NCBI GenBank assembly: GCA_002269645.1
Contig: NIVC01000290.1
Location: 16,286 to 80,285, forward strand
Length of the DNA stretch: 64,000 nucleotides
Source of the DNA: Macrostomum lignano
Lineage: Eukaryota
Direction of reading: 5' to 3'
The stretch's first letter is position 1. Each line of letters begins with the position of its first letter. A model generated the notes under the pieces. It was not told where the DNA came from, ran no database searches, and saw nothing but the letters and a program-made list of their open reading frames with translations. This document shows positions 60,601 through 64,000 of this stretch, piece by piece. The translations under genes were made by a program, and so were the position numbers.

Positions 60601-63035
60601 TTGTCATTCTTAAATTTTGCCAACTATTACCGTAAATTTGTGCCAAAATTCTCGATCATAGCAGCTCCACTGTACGCTATCGCTAACTCCGATAGGTTTC
60701 ACTGGGAAGAAAAGCACGAAGAAGCTTTCAAACAGTTAAAGGACAGTCTCTGCAATCCTCCAACTCTGGCGTACCCGGATATGCGTCCAGAAGCCGGCCC
60801 CTTCGTGCTAGACTGTGACAGCTCTGGCCTGGGGTGGGAGGAGTCCTGTCCCAAGTTGGCAAAACTGGTAAAGAGCATGTGATAGCATTCGCTTCGAAGA
60901 AGTTCAACAATGCACAAAGAAATTATTGTGCAACAATGCGCGAGCTGCTCGGTTTGATTATCATGCTAGAGCAGTTCCGCACTTACCTCTTAGACAGGCC
61001 TTTCGTCGTCCGAACTGACGCCGTGGCGCTTAAATGGCTTCATTCCAAAAAACACGCTACGGGAATGCTAGCCCAGTGGCTTGTGATCCTAGAGCCTTAC
61101 AACTTTAGCGTTGAGCAGACGCCGCTGGAACGCTTGGCAGACTTTGACTTCTCCGTGGAACATAGGCCTGGGGAGAGCCACATTAATGCCGACATTCTCA
61201 GTCGCAATCCCAAATTCCGTCCGGACCATTTCGACTGCCCATCTTGCTCTCGTATTCCAGAGTTTCAGGCCAGGTTCGGATGCCAAAGTAGCGCCGTTAG
61301 AGCCGTTAAAATAGGCTGTGCTAAATTAGAAAAGCACGAGGCTTCGACTCAAACCGAAGGTACACACTTTTTAGATCAACCAACCATGTGTGAACCCACT
61401 AGGAATGATGACCACGGCAATGAGAGCCGGCTTGATAGTTGTCACTCAGTTAGCCAAGCGATCCAGACTGATCCATCAGGCACAAACCATAAAGAAACCT
61501 CTGAAGATAGCCAAATTCAAGTGACAAAACCTAAGGTTCAGGTGGCTAAAATTGCAACTAATTCTAACAATGACCAAAGTGCGAAGAGTGACAGAACGAG
61601 CGGTAGTCATTCCTTCCACATTGGAACCAGCCTAGCGAATCAAGCCGCTGATGATGCAAGCGAATTAAGCCTACCACAGAGTGAGGCTGATGAGAGAGTA
61701 GATGTGGATTGGGTGACGCTGGCACAAGAGTCAAACGTAGATCTGCTGAGAATCAAGCAATCCGTAGCTGGCTCCGAACCGAAACTTAGCAAACAGGATA
61801 TTCAAGATTGCAGTCGAGAAATTAAAACTCTCTGGGCTCTGTATAACGAACTGTCAGTTGAAAATGGCTTGCTCTACCGCACAAAGCCAGCGAGGAAGGG
61901 CAAACCGAGTGTTAAGCAGTTGATAATTCCCTCGTCTGCAAATTTAGATGAACTAGTAATCAAGTACCATAGAGCGTGCAACCATTCAGGAGCCAATAAA
62001 ACCACGGCGGCATTGAAGGCACGTTTCTTGATCTTTGATCTGGAAAATTACGTAAGAAGTATCGTTGCCGAATGCGAAACTTGCGCCAGAGTTAAGAAAG
62101 GTACAAAGAAGATTAGAGCCCCCCGCAGCCTACCTTGGCAGGGTATCCCAATCAGGTGGTACACGTTGACCATTGTGGATTTTCCTGAATCTAATGGTAT
62201 GCGGTATCTTCTGGTGCTGATTGATCGTTTCACCAGCTTCGTCGAGATTGTCCCGGTGCCTGATGTCTCAGCAGGAACTACGGCGCTAGCCATCCTCACT
62301 GAATGGGTGGTAAGGTATGGGACGATGGAACAGATTGTCTCAGATAACGCACTGCATTCATTAACGCTACGGTTGCCGAGTTGACTCGAATACTCGAAAT
62401 CGACATGGTTAGAATCACAGCGAGAAGACCACAGGCCAATGGCAAGGCCGAACGAGCTATCCAAACGATCAAAACCAAAGTTCGGGCAGTGTGTGCTGAT
62501 CGTAGAATAGGGTGGCCTTTGGCTGCTAAGCTTGTGGGTTGTCGATCCGGACGACCGAATCCGAGTCTACCGGCTTCACGCCAGCAAAGTTTTCTTCGGG
62601 AGAGAACTCGACATCCCCTTGGACCTCCAGTACAACCCACCACCAAGAGAATACTATGATCCGGAATCTTACGCACACACCCTGCACAAAGCCCTGGTCG
62701 AAACATCGGCTACGGCTCGCGCTTTGCGGGGAAAGGCCCAGAGAAGACAAAAGCGCTACTATGACAGAGCCGTTTTTAAACCTAACTTTGAAGTAGGTGA
62801 GCTGGTCTGGGTTCGAAACCCGGATCACAGAGGCCTTGACCCAGCAGTTTGGTTGGGACCATACCGCGTAGTTCAGCAAATATCCGAGCGCAACTATCGG
62901 CTCCTGCCCGAATTTATTAGAGAAAATCCATTCATTCGAACTCCTAACCCGAGCCACAACATTTATAATGTAGACAGAATCAAAAAATGCATACGCAAGC
63001 CGAACTATCAGACACCATTGACCGTTTCGGTCTAA
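57636..63035 (+). CDS. Gag-Pol polyprotein (gag, CCHC knuckle, cold-shock-like domain, protease, RT, RNase H, integrase), split by single-base indels
   Basis: CFRCGSADHLVAEC (58572-58613); LDSGS (59013-59027); RT WASPIVLVKKKD..RMCVDYR, LDLTSAYWQ, YLDDV; RNase H LDCDS, YCATMRELL, VRTD; integrase H..H..CETC, VDH/SDN/QANGKAER, WLGPYRV; stop at 63035. Confidence 0.92.
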
Positions 63036-63163
63036 AAATAACTGCACGGTTGCCGGAATCTCGGTGAAATTGTGACGAGGACTCGCCAGCCTCGGATTCC
63101 AGCTCGGACTCCGACATGGAAGAGCGTGGATTACCTTACTTCCCAGTTGCAGGCTGGATCGAA

Positions 63164-63330
63164 CAGGTGCAGTCCAGTGAGAACCAGGTGCAGTCCAGTG
63201 AGAACCAGGTGCAGTCCAGTGAGACCAGGTGCAGTCCAGTGAGAACCAGGTGCAGTCCAGTAAGAACCTGGTGCAGCCTGGTGAGAACCAGGTGCAGTCC
63301 GGCGAGAACCAGGTGCAGTCCAGTGAGAAA
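63164..63330. repeat. 21-bp tandem repeat (CAGGTGCAGTCCAGTGAGAAC)n in the 3' region of the LTR element
   Basis: Read directly. Confidence 0.9.
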
Positions 63331-64000
63331 CGGTTGCAGCCGGTGAGACTTCGGTGTGTACAGGTGGAACCCAAGGACAACCGGTTGAGGACCTTGGTCA
63401 GCCAGTTTTGGACCTGTTGCAACCCAGAACAGAGTCTGGAGATTTTGTGCAGGAGCCAGATTTTTAAGTGAAAAACACACTCAACACCGTGTGCCTGAAG
63501 TAGGTGGTAATAGTAGCACGAATCGACTCGAACAAGTCGAGGATGGCCAGGTTCCTTCAATCGGTGCGGAGGTAGAGATAGTGGGAGATAGAACGCGTGA
63601 GTTGCCTGGAACCGCCAGCCAAGGACAGAGGACGGAGCCAGCTGGCCAGCGTGAAACAGTGGAACCAGACCCATCGTTATCAGACAGAGTCAGTACTCGG
63701 GTAGCATTTACACCACTCGAAGTGGCAGGGCGGTTCGGCCGCCAACCAGATTTTTGCAGGTGCTTGCCGGGTTTTGCCACCGCTCCAATTCCAACAGTCT
63801 TTGATTTCCTTCTCTTTCCCTCCATTCGTTGTGTTGTCTGCTTTGTTCTCTTCTTCCTTTTCTGTTCTTTGTTTTCCGTGCCAGTGCCAAGTTAGCCCTG
63901 AGTCTGCCGGTTGCGTTGCCGCCGGTGGGTTGTGTGTGTGTGGGGCGGCGTCCCGTCCGTGTGTTGGCTGGGTGAGCTCTGCTGCGCAGTTCGAATTGAA

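Larger units (their letters stand above)
56589..64000 (+). mobile_element. Ty3/Gypsy LTR retrotransposon; 3' end beyond the window
   Basis: Candidate 5' LTR, tRNA PBS, then domain order gag-CCHC-(CSD)-protease-RT-RNase H-integrase, the Ty3/Gypsy arrangement. Confidence 0.95.

Overview
Eukaryotic, repeat-rich animal DNA. GC-rich, intron-poor genes, dense mini/microsatellites and the gene families present resemble the flatworm Macrostomum, but that species call is inference only. Genes reconstructed by hand: two divergent DEG/ENaC channels (the first truncated by the window edge); a lectin-like/mucin-stalk membrane protein; an ankyrin-repeat TRPM-like channel (2 exons, 1112 aa); a RING-less MEX3-like KH protein (3 exons); mitochondrial ribosome recycling factor (2 exons); a 3CxxC (ZAR1/RTP-like) zinc-finger protein (2 exons); an aminergic GPCR (2 exons); and a bestrophin (6 exons). 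Mobile elements: a Mutator/Foldback-like element with 307-bp modular TIRs, a 9-bp TSD and E2F-like motifs; one or two hAT-type MITEs; a truncated DIRS/Ngaro-like retrotransposon; and a Ty3/Gypsy LTR retrotransposon running off the right edge. The most novel-looking signal is a cold-shock (OB-fold) domain in the Gypsy Gag-Pol, between the CCHC zinc knuckle and the aspartic protease. Many reading frames are broken by single-base indels, mostly deletions in short homopolymers. These look like long-read assembly errors, so pseudogene calls cannot be made from this sequence. All domain calls are by eye from motifs; no searches were run, and repeat boundaries are approximate.
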